Assembly (NCBI GenBank): GCA_965198225.1
Contig: CBDAOY010000009.1
Coordinates: 1,152,001-1,216,000, forward strand
DNA: 64,000 nt
Origin: Terriglobia bacterium
GTDB taxonomy: Bacteria > Acidobacteriota > Terriglobia > 20CM-2-55-15
Direction: 5' to 3'
A program made the position numbers and the translations under genes. The notes under the pieces were generated by a model that searched no databases, was not told the DNA's origin, and was given only the letters and a program-made list of their open reading frames with translations. Positions 19,400 to 29,621 of this stretch are shown piece by piece (within the stretch, counting starts at the first letter, position 1; every line of letters begins with the position of its first letter).

Positions 19400-21631
19400 T
19401 CAGAAGCTGAACAGTTGTGTGAACTTCACGACCAGTGCCCGGTCCAGCAACTGGCCGGTCTGCGTATCGCGGCGTTCGTTGAAGACCACGTAGAGGTCGC
19501 TGAGCGGGTGGTGGATGATATGGAAGCGGACGTTCGAGCTGAACTGTCGGGCGTCCGTGTTGTACTGGAGGAACGCGTTCAGGAACATCTTCGTGGTGAA
19601 GGAATAGAGGAGCCGGGTTCCGAGGAGGTTCGTGTTGAACGAGCCGTTCGACAAACGGACCTGGTTCCTGCTGTAGTCCAGATCGACGTTCAGATGCGGG
19701 TTTGGCTTCCACGCGACGCCGAGGCTCGCGGATTCCCGCCTTCCGTCCCAAAACTCGCCGAACTGATACCGGGCGCTGCCGGAGACCTTCCGTGACCGGT
19801 TCGAGTTGTAACGGATCCAATAGGTGTCGTAGTTGTAATCGCCGGCTGGGATCGGGATGTCGGACCGGATAGCGAAGTCGCGCGTTAGCCTGTCGAACGT
19901 CCGGATCGCTACGAGATTGATCGCCGATCCCCCGTAGAACGCGATGCCCGTCCCGAGGGTCTGTTCGCGTGTCTCGATCTCCCCGTCGTTGTTGGCGTAG
20001 TAGTCGATGCCGGTCGAGAAGGTGAGGTTGCGGATGCGATCACTGCTTTCAATCCGAGGTCTCCAGGACGCGTTGCCGGATGTCTTTTCGATGTTTCGCC
20101 TTCTAATGAACCCGACCTCCGGGTTGAAGTTCTGCTGCGTCTCGTGATACGAGGCGCCGATCGTGAAATCGCGGTCGAGCCAGGCGGCCTCGAACTGGCG
20201 CGCCTGATCTCTACCCGACACCTCGGGTGTGGTGCTCTTGAGGACGTAAGAGCCCAGTTCCAGTCTCCGAAACAGACGAAACCGGGCGTCCACTCCGAAC
20301 AGACGGTTGTAGTCCCCGGATGCGGTCGGATCGCGATTCGTAAAGATTGCTCCGATCCAGGAGCTTTCCATCAGGTTTCTCTTGATACGGCCGACCGTGA
20401 AGGTGTCCGATGGCCGTCGGTCGATGCTCTCTGTCTTCATCGACAGCAGCCCGACCTCATAGCCGCCCACTTTTCCGGACAGGCGGGCTCCGCCCACGAT
20501 CGGTACGGGAGTGCTGCCCGACAGTCCGATTCGACGGCTGAAGAACGGGATGACATTTGCCCCCCCACCGCGCCGCCCCCGTACAGGCTCTCCAAAAGCG
20601 AAAACGCCCGAGTTTTCGATGAAAAACTCCCTTTTTTCGGGAAAGAAGAGGCTGAACCGTGTGAGGTTGACCTGCTGCTGGTCGGCCTCCACCTGTGCGA
20701 AATCCGTACGGTAGGTCACGTCCAGCGTTACCGACGGCGACAACCCATACTTAATGTCGACGCCGCCGTCGTAGTCGTCGTCCACCGGAAGCTCACCGCC
20801 TTCACGAACCTGTCTGAAACCCGCGATCGCAAAAGGCTTCACCTTGAGGTTCCGTCCCTGGTGGATCCCCTCGAGCCCGCGCAACGTTCCGGCCATCGAG
20901 GTCCGTGTCGCGTTGTAGGGGCGCGGCAGGGGGGACCAGTGACTGTCTTCGTTCTTCTGACGCACCCGACGTCGGAGCTGCAGGCCCCACTCCTGGGAAC
21001 TCTCAGCGTTGAAGCGCACCGTCTTGAAGGGAATCTGGTACTCGGCGATCCACCGGTCTTCGTGGACGGCCACCTCGACTTCCCACACGCCGTCCCAGTT
21101 CGGGTTTATCACTCCTCCGTCATTGTCGGTTTGCGCGTCATACCGCGCACCGGCCGGGTTCGTCCCGAAGGCGAACGCCGACCGGCGATTGTTGAGCGTG
21201 TCGAGCACGACGATGATTCCGTCGTTGTCGGTCGTCCCGAAATCCTTCTGTAACTGGGTGGCGACGATGGTGCGGGGGTCCGCCTGGAAGCAGATGGCCG
21301 CAACATAGAGGTTGTTATCGTCGTAGAGGAAGTACAGTTCTGTCGGCTCGGTTGCTGGCTGCCCGGGACTGGGCTCGTATTGAATGAAGTCGTCCGCCGG
21401 TGTGGCCGTTTCCCACGAAGCTTCTTCGAGCACACCGTCGATGACGATCTCTTCGTCTGTCCGGACCGCCGTCGCGATGCGGCTGAACCGGGCAGTCGCA
21501 TAATCGATCGGGTTGCCGGCGACGATGCTGCCGTTATCACTCCGGACCGCTGGATCCTGACCCCGGGCGAGGGAAAGTCCGGAGAAGAGGAGGAACAGAC
21601 CGGCGAATGCGCACAAGTTCTTCAGAAACAC
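19400..21631 (-). CDS. DUF5916 / CBM9-like domain outer-membrane protein, copy 2
   Basis: IDGVLEEASW, YDDNNLYV, DFAQVEAD...NLTRFSLFFPEKREFF; C-terminal Phe. Confidence 0.88.
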   Translation of the reverse strand: MFLKNLCAFAGLFLLFSGLSLARGQDPAVRSDNGSIVAGNPIDYATARFSRIATAVRTDEEIVIDGVLEEASWETATPADDFIQYEPSPGQPATEPTELYFLYDDNNLYVAAICFQADPRTIVATQLQKDFGTTDNDGIIVVLDTLNNRRSAFAFGTNPAGARYDAQTDNDGGVINPNWDGVWEVEVAVHEDRWIAEYQIPFKTVRFNAESSQEWGLQLRRRVRQKNEDSHWSPLPRPYNATRTSMAGTLRGLEGIHQGRNLKVKPFAIAGFRQVREGGELPVDDDYDGGVDIKYGLSPSVTLDVTYRTDFAQVEADQQQVNLTRFSLFFPEKREFFIENSGVFAFGEPVRGRRGGGANVIPFFSRRIGLSGSTPVPIVGGARLSGKVGGYEVGLLSMKTESIDRRPSDTFTVGRIKRNLMESSWIGAIFTNRDPTASGDYNRLFGVDARFRLFRRLELGSYVLKSTTPEVSGRDQARQFEAAWLDRDFTIGASYHETQQNFNPEVGFIRRRNIEKTSGNASWRPRIESSDRIRNLTFSTGIDYYANNDGEIETREQTLGTGIAFYGGSAINLVAIRTFDRLTRDFAIRSDIPIPAGDYNYDTYWIRYNSNRSRKVSGSARYQFGEFWDGRRESASLGVAWKPNPHLNVDLDYSRNQVRLSNGSFNTNLLGTRLLYSFTTKMFLNAFLQYNTDARQFSSNVRFHIIHHPLSDLYVVFNERRDTQTGQLLDRALVVKFTQLFSF

Positions 21632-21774
21632 GCATCTAGTGTGGCTGAAGGGAGAAGGTATGTCGATAGTCTGGTCGAAGCCGTCCGACCCGGCGATCGG
21701 CCGTCAGCCACCAGCTTTCGCAGACGGGGTTTGATAGAGCGTACCCGCCCGGAGGGCGGTCTGCGCGAAGGATA

Positions 21775-21844
21775 GTGTAGGTGCGGTCTATGACCGCACA
21801 GCCTTCGAGCCGAAACGATGTGCGCTCATAGAGCGCACCTACAC
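21775..21844. repeat. GTAG-family REP doublet (plus a half copy at about 21918-21934)
   Basis: Same consensus as the other copies. Confidence 0.9.
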
Positions 21845-21949
21845 TTGAGGATCGCAGGTTCTTCGTGAAAAGCCCCGCCACCCGATTCTCCAACAAATGA
21901 CATTCGTTCACAGCTTGATAGAGCGCGCCTACACCCGGGCGTGACGTTC

Positions 21950-24178
21950 CTAGAAACTGAACAACTGCGTGAACTTCACGACCAGCGCGCGGTCGAGTAA
22001 TTGACCGGTCTGGGTGTCGCGGCGTTCGTTAAAGACCACGTAGAGGTCGCTGAGCGGGTGGTGGATGATGTGGAAGCGGATGTTCGAGCTGAACTGTCGG
22101 GCGTCCGTGTTGTATTGCAGGAACGCATTCAGGAACATCTTCGTGGTGAAGGAATAGAGGAACCGGGTTCCGAGGAGGTTCGTGTTGAACGAGCCGCTCG
22201 AGAGACGAACCTGGTTCCTGCTGTAGTTCAGGTCCACGTTCAGGTGCGGGTTCGGTTTCAACCCGAGACCGAGGCTGGCCGATTCCGCCCTTCCATCCCA
22301 GAACTCGCCGAACTCATAGCCGACGTTCCCGGAGACCTTCCGTGACCGGTTCGAGTTGTAACGGATCGAATACCTGTCGTAGTTGTAATCGCCGATCGGG
22401 ATCGAGAGGTCGCGGCGAATGGCGAAGTCCCGTGTGAGGCGGTCGAACGTGCGTGTCGCGTTGAGGTTGATGGCCGATCCTCCGTAGAATGCGATGCCCG
22501 TTCCGAGAGTCTGCTCGCGCGTCTCGACCTCGCCGTCGTTGTTGGCGTAGTAATCGATGCCGGTCGAGAACGTGAGGTTGCGGATACGGTCGTTGTTTTC
22601 GAGTCGCGGTCTCCACGAGAAACTGCCCGAGGTCTTCTCGATGTTTCTCCTTCGGATGAACCCGACCCCCGGGTTGAAGTGTTTCTGCGTTTCGTGGTGT
22701 GAGGCGGCGATTGTGAAATCCCTGTCCAGCCAGGCGGCCTCGAACTGCCGCGCCTGGTCGCCACCGGATACCCCAGGCGTCGCGCTCTTCAGGAGGTAGG
22801 AGCCCAGTTCCAGTCGCCGAAACAGCCGAAACCTGGCGTCCACCCCGACCAGGCGGTTGTAGTCACCCGACACAGTGGAATCGCGGTTCGTGACTATTGC
22901 TCCGATCCAGGAGCTTTCCATCAGGTTCCTTTTGACTCGACCTACTGTGAACGTGTCCGATGGGTTTCCTTCGATGCTCTCGGTCTTCATGGACAGCAGA
23001 CCCACGTCGTAGCGTCCCAGCTTGCCCGAAAGGCGAGCCCCACCCACGATGGGAACAAGAGTGCCGCCTGAGAGTCCGATTCGCCGGCTGAAAAACGGGA
23101 TGACGTTCGCCCCTCCACCGCGCCGCCCAAGAACAGGCTCTCCGAAACCGAAAACGCCCGAATTCTCGATGAAGAACTCCCTCTTTTCGGGAAAGAAGAG
23201 ATTAAAGCGGGTCAGGTTGACCTGCTGCTGGTCCACCTCGACTTGTGCAAAATCCGTACGGTACGTGACGTCGAGTGTGAGCGATGGGGTCAGCCCGTAT
23301 TTCAGGTCCACGCCGCCGTCGTAATCGTCATCCGTCGGGAGCTCCGCACCTTCACGAACCTGTCTGAAGCCCGCGATCGCAAAGGGCTTGACCTTGAGAT
23401 TCCGTCCCTGCCGGATACCCTCGAGCCCGCGCAAGGTTCCCGCCATCGAGGCCCGCGTCGCGTTGAAGGGGCGCGGGAGCGGAGACCAGTGGCTGTCTTC
23501 GTTCTTGGCCCTTACCCGTCGGCGAATATTGAGGCCCCATTCCTGTGAGCTCTCCCTCGTGAAACGGACGGTCTTGAACGGGACCATAAACTCCGCGATC
23601 CATCGGTCGTCATGAACCCTCACCTGGACATCCCAGACGCCGTCCCAGTCCCTGTTGATGACGCCGCCATCGTTGGCTGTCTGGGAGTCGAACCGTGCCC
23701 CAGCGGGGTTGGTTCCGAAGACGAACCCCGACCGGAGGTCATGGAGCGTGTCGAGGATGAACGCGATTCCGTCGTTGTCGGTCGTCCCGAAATCCTTCTG
23801 CAGCTCTGTTGCGACGATACTGCGAGGGTCCGCCTGGAAACAGATCGCGGCGACGTAGAGATTGTTGTCGTCGTAGAGGAAGTAGAGCTCGGTCGGCTCA
23901 GTTGCAGGGGCTCCGGGACTCGGCTCGAATTGAATGAAGTCCCCTGCGGGCGAGGCTGTCTCCCAGGACGCTTCTTCGAGCACCCCGTCGATGACGATCT
24001 CTTCGTCCGTCCGGACTGCCGTCGCGATGCGGCTGAACCGGGCTGTCGCATAGTCGATCGGGTTGCCGGCGACGATGCCGCCGTTATCGTTCTGGGCCGC
24101 CTGATCTTGTCCCCGGGCAGAGAGTCCAAAGAAGAGGAGGAACAGAAAGGCGAATGGGTACAACTTCTTCAAAAACAC
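21950..24178 (-). CDS. DUF5916 / CBM9-like domain outer-membrane protein, copy 1
   Basis: Collinear close paralogue of 19400-21631 with the same motifs. Confidence 0.88.
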   Translation of the reverse strand: MFLKKLYPFAFLFLLFFGLSARGQDQAAQNDNGGIVAGNPIDYATARFSRIATAVRTDEEIVIDGVLEEASWETASPAGDFIQFEPSPGAPATEPTELYFLYDDNNLYVAAICFQADPRSIVATELQKDFGTTDNDGIAFILDTLHDLRSGFVFGTNPAGARFDSQTANDGGVINRDWDGVWDVQVRVHDDRWIAEFMVPFKTVRFTRESSQEWGLNIRRRVRAKNEDSHWSPLPRPFNATRASMAGTLRGLEGIRQGRNLKVKPFAIAGFRQVREGAELPTDDDYDGGVDLKYGLTPSLTLDVTYRTDFAQVEVDQQQVNLTRFNLFFPEKREFFIENSGVFGFGEPVLGRRGGGANVIPFFSRRIGLSGGTLVPIVGGARLSGKLGRYDVGLLSMKTESIEGNPSDTFTVGRVKRNLMESSWIGAIVTNRDSTVSGDYNRLVGVDARFRLFRRLELGSYLLKSATPGVSGGDQARQFEAAWLDRDFTIAASHHETQKHFNPGVGFIRRRNIEKTSGSFSWRPRLENNDRIRNLTFSTGIDYYANNDGEVETREQTLGTGIAFYGGSAINLNATRTFDRLTRDFAIRRDLSIPIGDYNYDRYSIRYNSNRSRKVSGNVGYEFGEFWDGRAESASLGLGLKPNPHLNVDLNYSRNQVRLSSGSFNTNLLGTRFLYSFTTKMFLNAFLQYNTDARQFSSNIRFHIIHHPLSDLYVVFNERRDTQTGQLLDRALVVKFTQLFSF

Positions 24179-24335
24179 CGGTCTAGTGTGTCCGAAAAGG
24201 AAGGGGTATGTCGACAGGAACTATCCCGGAAGCCAATAGTGCGGCGGCTGTTTGACCCCACTCCCGGCGTTCTGTACTATTCAGCCAACTTTTTGTTTCC
24301 CAGACTTTCGATTTGCGTCTCTCAGGAGGTGGACG

Positions 24336-25559
24336 ATGAGGCAGATGACGGGCCTGGTTGCGAACCGGAGGCGGTTTCTGAAGTTTCTTGCCGGCAGCCC
24401 TTTGCTGGCGATGGGTTCCATCGGCAGTTCGATCCCGGAGCTTCTGGGAGAGGCGATACAGGATGCCGGGCTCATCGACAATCCGGCCGATGCGATCAAC
24501 GTATTCGATTTTGAACCGGTCGCACGGAACGTCCTTCCGCCGGCCCACTGGGGCTACATGGCGACCGGTGTCGATGACGATGCGACACTCGAAGCCAACC
24601 GCGAAGGCTTTGCAAAGTTTGCGATTCGCCCACGCCGTCTCGTCGACGTCAGCCGGACCGATCTGTCGACCGAGCGGTTCGGTATGACCTTGAAGAGTCC
24701 CATCATTCTTTCTCCAGTCGGTAGCCAGAAGGCCTTTCACCCGGACGGTGAAGTCGCCGTAGCCCGGGCCGCGAAGGCGAGGGACCATCTGCAGATTCTA
24801 TCGACGGTCACGACCTCTTCGGTTGAGGAGGTCGCCGAGGCGCGTGCCGGGGCGGTCTGGTATCAGCTCTACCCGCAAGGGAGTCTGGAGATCGCGACGG
24901 CGCTGATCCGGCGTGCTGAAGCAGCCGGCAGTCCCGCGATCGTCCTGACTATCGACCTGCTCGCGGGCCGAAACACCGAGACCTCGGAACGGTTCGCCCG
25001 CACCGACGACCGCACGTGTGCAAATTGCCATCCACCGGGTAATCGCAATGCCCGTAAGCCGATGCTGGCGGGTCTCGATCCTGCCGTCCTGGAGACCCGG
25101 GGTCCGAACTCGGCGCTCACATGGGATTTCGTCCGTCGGCTGCGGGACACGGTTCGCGGCCGGCTCGTCCTGAAAGGCATCGAAACGAGCGAGGATGCCC
25201 GGCTTGCGGTCCAGAACGGGGTGGACGGCATCATCGTCTCAAACCACGGCGGCCGCGCAACGGAGAGCGGCCGCGGAACGATCGAAGCGCTACCGGAGGT
25301 CATCGACGCCGTAGCAGACCGGATTCCAGTCCTGATCGATGGCGGGTTTCGTCGCGGCACCGACATCTTCAAAGCCCTGGCCCTTGGTGCGCGCGCGATC
25401 TGTATCGGCCGGCCCTACATCTGGGGTCTGTCCGCGTTCGGCCAACCCGGCGTGGAGAGGGTGTTGGAGATCCTGGAGCAGGAATTCGAGCTCGTGATGA
25501 AGCAATCCGGGGCGACGTCACCCGGCAACATCGGCCGTGCATACGTCACCCGGCGCTAG
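24336..25559 (+). CDS. Tat-exported FMN-dependent alpha-hydroxy acid oxidase
   Basis: NRRRFLK Tat motif; WYQLY, LTID, LKGI, VSNHGGR, DGGFRRGTD, GRP; AGGAGG RBS. Confidence 0.92.
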   Translation: MRQMTGLVANRRRFLKFLAGSPLLAMGSIGSSIPELLGEAIQDAGLIDNPADAINVFDFEPVARNVLPPAHWGYMATGVDDDATLEANREGFAKFAIRPRRLVDVSRTDLSTERFGMTLKSPIILSPVGSQKAFHPDGEVAVARAAKARDHLQILSTVTTSSVEEVAEARAGAVWYQLYPQGSLEIATALIRRAEAAGSPAIVLTIDLLAGRNTETSERFARTDDRTCANCHPPGNRNARKPMLAGLDPAVLETRGPNSALTWDFVRRLRDTVRGRLVLKGIETSEDARLAVQNGVDGIIVSNHGGRATESGRGTIEALPEVIDAVADRIPVLIDGGFRRGTDIFKALALGARAICIGRPYIWGLSAFGQPGVERVLEILEQEFELVMKQSGATSPGNIGRAYVTRR

Positions 25560-25584
25560 AGCGCCCCTACACCCGATCCTCCCG

Positions 25585-25654
25585 GTGTAGGTGCGGTCTA
25601 TGACCGCACAATCTTCGAATCGAAACCCTGTGCGCTCATAGAGCGCCCCTACAC
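25585..25654. repeat. GTAG-family REP doublet (plus a half copy overlapping the oxidase stop, 25557-25572)
   Basis: Same consensus; lies between convergent genes. Confidence 0.9.
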
Positions 25655-28555
25655 CTACGGCGTCCGGCCATTCGCATCAGGAATCGGGTTAGCATTCCGG
25701 TCTATCAGGATGGGACGGCCAAACCCAAGCGCCGAAAGGCGGGGGAGCTGTGTTCGGGCATCGCCGACGACCAGAAACACCATTTGCCCCGGGTCGACAT
25801 ATTCTTCGGCCAGTTCCCGAACTCGCTCGAGTGTCATCTCCCGAACGATCTGCTCGCGCTGAACGACGTAGTCGTTGGGAAACCCGAGGCCACTGATCTT
25901 CTCGAGCATTCCGAGCTTGGCGCGGAGGGTCTCAAACGCCCGTGCGTTGCTCCGGATCAGGTAGTTGCGGGTTGTCTCCAGGTCGCTTTCGGTGAAGCCA
26001 CCCCCGTATCCGGCGAGGATGTTCCGTATGAGTTCTACCGACTCGAGGGTGACGTTAGAGCGGACTCCGGTGGCGACGCTGAAGGGTCCGGGCCTGTCGG
26101 TGCCTGAAAACCACGAAGCGACTCCGTAGGTATACCCCTTCTGTTCTCGGAGCACCTGGTTCAGCCGGGAAACGAAGACCCCTCCCAACCGCAGGTTCAT
26201 CACCGTCGCAGGGAAAAAATCCGCATCGGTCTCGGCTAAAGCCAGGGCGCCGACGCGGATAACCGACTGGCTGGCCCCGGGAACGTCGACGAAGAAAATA
26301 CGACCGCGACCCGGATCGTCCGGGGCTTGATAGCGCGGGAATTCGACTTCTCGAGGCGCCCAGCGCTCGCCCAAACCGGAGAGTGGCGTGGTTGCAGCCT
26401 CGGGCGTGATGTCTCCGGCGACGTGGATACTCGCCACTGAAGGAGAAAGATTGTCCTCGTAGTAGGCCCGGAGGTCGTCGATCGTGATGGATTCCACCGA
26501 CTCGAGGGTTCCCAATACGTTCTCGGCGAGAATGTGGTCCGGCCCGTAGACCAGCCGGTCGAACGCATTTCCGGCGACCGCGTTCGGATCAGCCGACTGT
26601 CGTTGCAGCCGGTTGGTGACTCGCTGCCTCGATCGGGAGAACTCCTCCCCGTCCCAACGGGGTTCGAGAAGAATCTCTTCGACGAGAGCCATCGTTGGGT
26701 CATAGTTCCGCGTCAGGGTGGAACCGGAGACCGTGAGGCTCTCCCGGCCCGCCGAAACGTTGATCGACGAGCCGAGCGCATCGATAGCCTCTTCAAGCTC
26801 CTCCGCCGTCCGCTGGGCGGTTCCCTCCGTCATCATCTCCGCTACCAGGTTGGCGACGCCGACCCTTGACGGGTCATCCAACAGCAAACCGCCTCGGAGG
26901 CGAATCGTGAAGCGGACCACGGGCACTTCCCTCTGCTCGATGCCGTACACTTCGACGCCGTTCGACAGTGTGTGGGTCCAGACCTGCGGCACCGTCAGGG
27001 ACGGCGGGGGGCCGAAGGGCGGTTCCACGGACCGGTCGAACGAAGTGGGCGTCCTCTCGACATCCCTTGTTGGCGGCAGTACCAGGTCCGCCTCCCTACC
27101 CGTGATAATGGCTTCTTCGACAATCTCGGCACGCACCGAGTCGGCCAGAGCCAGATCGGCTTGCCCGGTGGGAACGAAGCTCGTTGCGACGAACGGACGG
27201 CCACGAATGTAGCGTTCATAAACACGCTTCACGGCGTCGGGGGTCACCGCCAGCACGCGCGCGATGTCTTCCGAGAGATACGCCGGTGAGCCGGCGAAGA
27301 TGTTGTATTCGGCCAGGGCGAACGCTTTTCCGAGGATGCTCGAAATACTGTTGTAGCCGTCGTAGAATGCGGTCTCGCGGCCGGCCTTGACCCGCTCCAG
27401 ATCGCCTTCGGAGAACCCTTCCCGCTCAAAGCGTTCGAGCGCCGTCTCGATCGATCGATGGACGCGGTTCAGTTCGACTCCCTCGAAGCCACGAATCCAA
27501 ATGTTGAACTTACCGGCCAGCTCGGCCTCATCGGTGAAGGCATCGACAGAAGGTGCGAGCTTCTCTTCGTCGACAATTACGGTGTAGAGCGGCGACCGCT
27601 TGCCCTCGGCGAGCAGCGCCGCGAGGATCTCGAGCGGGTAGGCGTCCTCGTGATATTTCTCCACCGTGGGCCACGAGATCGTCAGGGTCGGAACGCGCAC
27701 CAGCTTGTCCTCGTGGAAGAGTCGTCTGCTCTCACCCAAATCCACATGCGGAACCTGGCGTGCGGGCGGGCGGGAAGAGGATCTGATCTCACCAAAATAC
27801 TTCTCAATCCAACTCTTGGTCTCGGTCGGATCGAAATCCCCCGCCAAGACGAGGGTTGCGTTGTTCGGCCCGTACCAGGTGCGGTAGAACTCCCGAACGT
27901 CTTCGATCGTCGCGCTGTCGAGGTCCTTGAGCGAACCGATAATCTGCCAGTGGTACGGGTGTGTTGGCGGATACATATTCCGGTCGATGACGAAGTAGGT
28001 GTGGCCGCCGGGACGGTTGTCGACGCTCTGCCGCTTCTCGTTCTTGACGACCTGCTTCTCCTTCTCGACCACCTCTTCGGTCACCGTGTTGATGAAGTAG
28101 CCCATCCGGTCCGATTCAGCCCAGAGAACCTTTTCCAGCGCGTCTCTGGGGACGACCTGGTAGTAGTTCGTCCGATCCTGACTCGTCGAGCCGTTCATGC
28201 TGCCACCGACTTTGTCGATCAGGACGTCGATCCCTCCCGGCCCGAGGTTTTCCGAATCGAGAAACAACAGGTGCTCGAACAGGTGCGCGAACCCTGTCTT
28301 CCCTGGAAGCTCACGAGCGGAGCCGACGTGGTAGGTCATCGCGACGGCGACGATCGGGTCGGACCGGTCGACGTGCAGGACCACATCGAGACCGTTCTCC
28401 AGCGTGTATTTTTCGTAATCGACCGAGAAGGACGGTGTTTCGGGTGCGGGCGCCTGTGAGCACGCGGAAAACAGCAGCACCGCGAGCGCGATCAGACACC
28501 TCGTGGCACGAGTCACGAGTATCTGGAACCTACGCGGTTTTGTGGAGGATTTCAT
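25655..28555 (-). CDS. M16 family (pitrilysin-like) zinc protease, lipoprotein
   Basis: GFAHLFEHL (HxxEH), NGST..DRTNYY, second M16 half with LREQKGYTY; lipobox FSAC. Confidence 0.93.
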   Translation of the reverse strand: MKSSTKPRRFQILVTRATRCLIALAVLLFSACSQAPAPETPSFSVDYEKYTLENGLDVVLHVDRSDPIVAVAMTYHVGSARELPGKTGFAHLFEHLLFLDSENLGPGGIDVLIDKVGGSMNGSTSQDRTNYYQVVPRDALEKVLWAESDRMGYFINTVTEEVVEKEKQVVKNEKRQSVDNRPGGHTYFVIDRNMYPPTHPYHWQIIGSLKDLDSATIEDVREFYRTWYGPNNATLVLAGDFDPTETKSWIEKYFGEIRSSSRPPARQVPHVDLGESRRLFHEDKLVRVPTLTISWPTVEKYHEDAYPLEILAALLAEGKRSPLYTVIVDEEKLAPSVDAFTDEAELAGKFNIWIRGFEGVELNRVHRSIETALERFEREGFSEGDLERVKAGRETAFYDGYNSISSILGKAFALAEYNIFAGSPAYLSEDIARVLAVTPDAVKRVYERYIRGRPFVATSFVPTGQADLALADSVRAEIVEEAIITGREADLVLPPTRDVERTPTSFDRSVEPPFGPPPSLTVPQVWTHTLSNGVEVYGIEQREVPVVRFTIRLRGGLLLDDPSRVGVANLVAEMMTEGTAQRTAEELEEAIDALGSSINVSAGRESLTVSGSTLTRNYDPTMALVEEILLEPRWDGEEFSRSRQRVTNRLQRQSADPNAVAGNAFDRLVYGPDHILAENVLGTLESVESITIDDLRAYYEDNLSPSVASIHVAGDITPEAATTPLSGLGERWAPREVEFPRYQAPDDPGRGRIFFVDVPGASQSVIRVGALALAETDADFFPATVMNLRLGGVFVSRLNQVLREQKGYTYGVASWFSGTDRPGPFSVATGVRSNVTLESVELIRNILAGYGGGFTESDLETTRNYLIRSNARAFETLRAKLGMLEKISGLGFPNDYVVQREQIVREMTLERVRELAEEYVDPGQMVFLVVGDARTQLPRLSALGFGRPILIDRNANPIPDANGRTP

Positions 28556-28619
28556 TCGTCGGATTTGTCCGAAGCCAGCATCTTGCGGTTCGGCGCATAC
28601 TCTCCGCGGTCGGACCGTC

Positions 28620-29450
28620 TTACTGCTCGCAACTCGACGCGACCATATCCAGGCCCGTCACGCTGATGCGGTCGCCGCTTGGCCGCCGGATCAAGGCCCC
28701 CCGCGCCAGCAGCTTTTGACCCTCGTGCGAGGCGGGGTCGAAATCACCAAGCATGAAGAAGTTCGTGAGTTGAAACGTCAGTGTGCCCAGCGGCTCGGAA
28801 GCCGCCTCCTGCAGTTCCTCCGGTGTCGGTGTTCGTTCCGGGTCCGGGTCCCTGTTGCGGATGGGCCTGCCCGCGCTCGACAGAACCCAATCGCCTCCCG
28901 CCTGCGTCAGGCAGCCGACGGTCTGGATCAGCGAATTACCCGGCAGGGGCTTCGGCCCGTCCTTTCCCTCGATCCAGATGTTCCGGAGAGAACTTGCGTT
29001 CAGTTCGACCTCGCCGGAGGGAAAACCGTTTTCGCTCAAGATGTGCGCCACGACGATCAGATACTCCGGGTCGCTCAATGACGCCTGCAGGAGGGGCATG
29101 CTGGATCGGATCTTGTTGTAGAGGCTTCCAACGTGGTCTTCCCGCCAGTTCTCGAAGAATTCGTCGCCCTTCAGTTCCGGGCCCCTGAACTCGGCGTCAC
29201 CCGCGATAATCTCACCGTGACATCCGTCGCACTTGTCCTGGAAGATTTCCGCACCCGCCGACGCCTGGGCATCCGTGTAGACACCGTCCCAGACCATCCG
29301 AAGTTCCGGAGCGGCCCCTTGTATCGTTCCGACCGGCTCGGTCTCGCTCCGGGAAACCGGGGTCAGCGTTCCGACAAGCAGAAGCGTGACAAGGGAGACG
29401 TACCCGAGTCTTCGGTACCGTGCTCTCAACGTGTGTTCGTGGGACTGCAT
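28620..29450 (-). CDS. c-type cytochrome (single CxxCH) with C-terminal OB-like domain
   Basis: WDGVYTDAQA..G...CDGCHG; distal SMP; GAGGAG RBS. Confidence 0.85.
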   Translation of the reverse strand: MQSHEHTLRARYRRLGYVSLVTLLLVGTLTPVSRSETEPVGTIQGAAPELRMVWDGVYTDAQASAGAEIFQDKCDGCHGEIIAGDAEFRGPELKGDEFFENWREDHVGSLYNKIRSSMPLLQASLSDPEYLIVVAHILSENGFPSGEVELNASSLRNIWIEGKDGPKPLPGNSLIQTVGCLTQAGGDWVLSSAGRPIRNRDPDPERTPTPEELQEAASEPLGTLTFQLTNFFMLGDFDPASHEGQKLLARGALIRRPSGDRISVTGLDMVASSCEQ

Positions 29451-29621
29451 CCGTCTCCTCGCTCCCGGGGGCTTAACCAAATCCTGGGCTTGGTCGTAAA
29501 TATTACGAAACAGGAGAGTTTGGGTCAATCAAAGGAGCCCGACAATTCAAGCGTCAGGCGGAGATGAGCTCCACCTCTCCTTCAGTTTTCGGACATCCGC
29601 TCCCGGCACAGAAGCCGGCCG

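Noticed and set aside
19400-24178. DUF5916 pair as a DGR template/variable repeat
   Set aside because: Both are full-length genes, differences are not adenine-specific, and there is no reverse transcriptase
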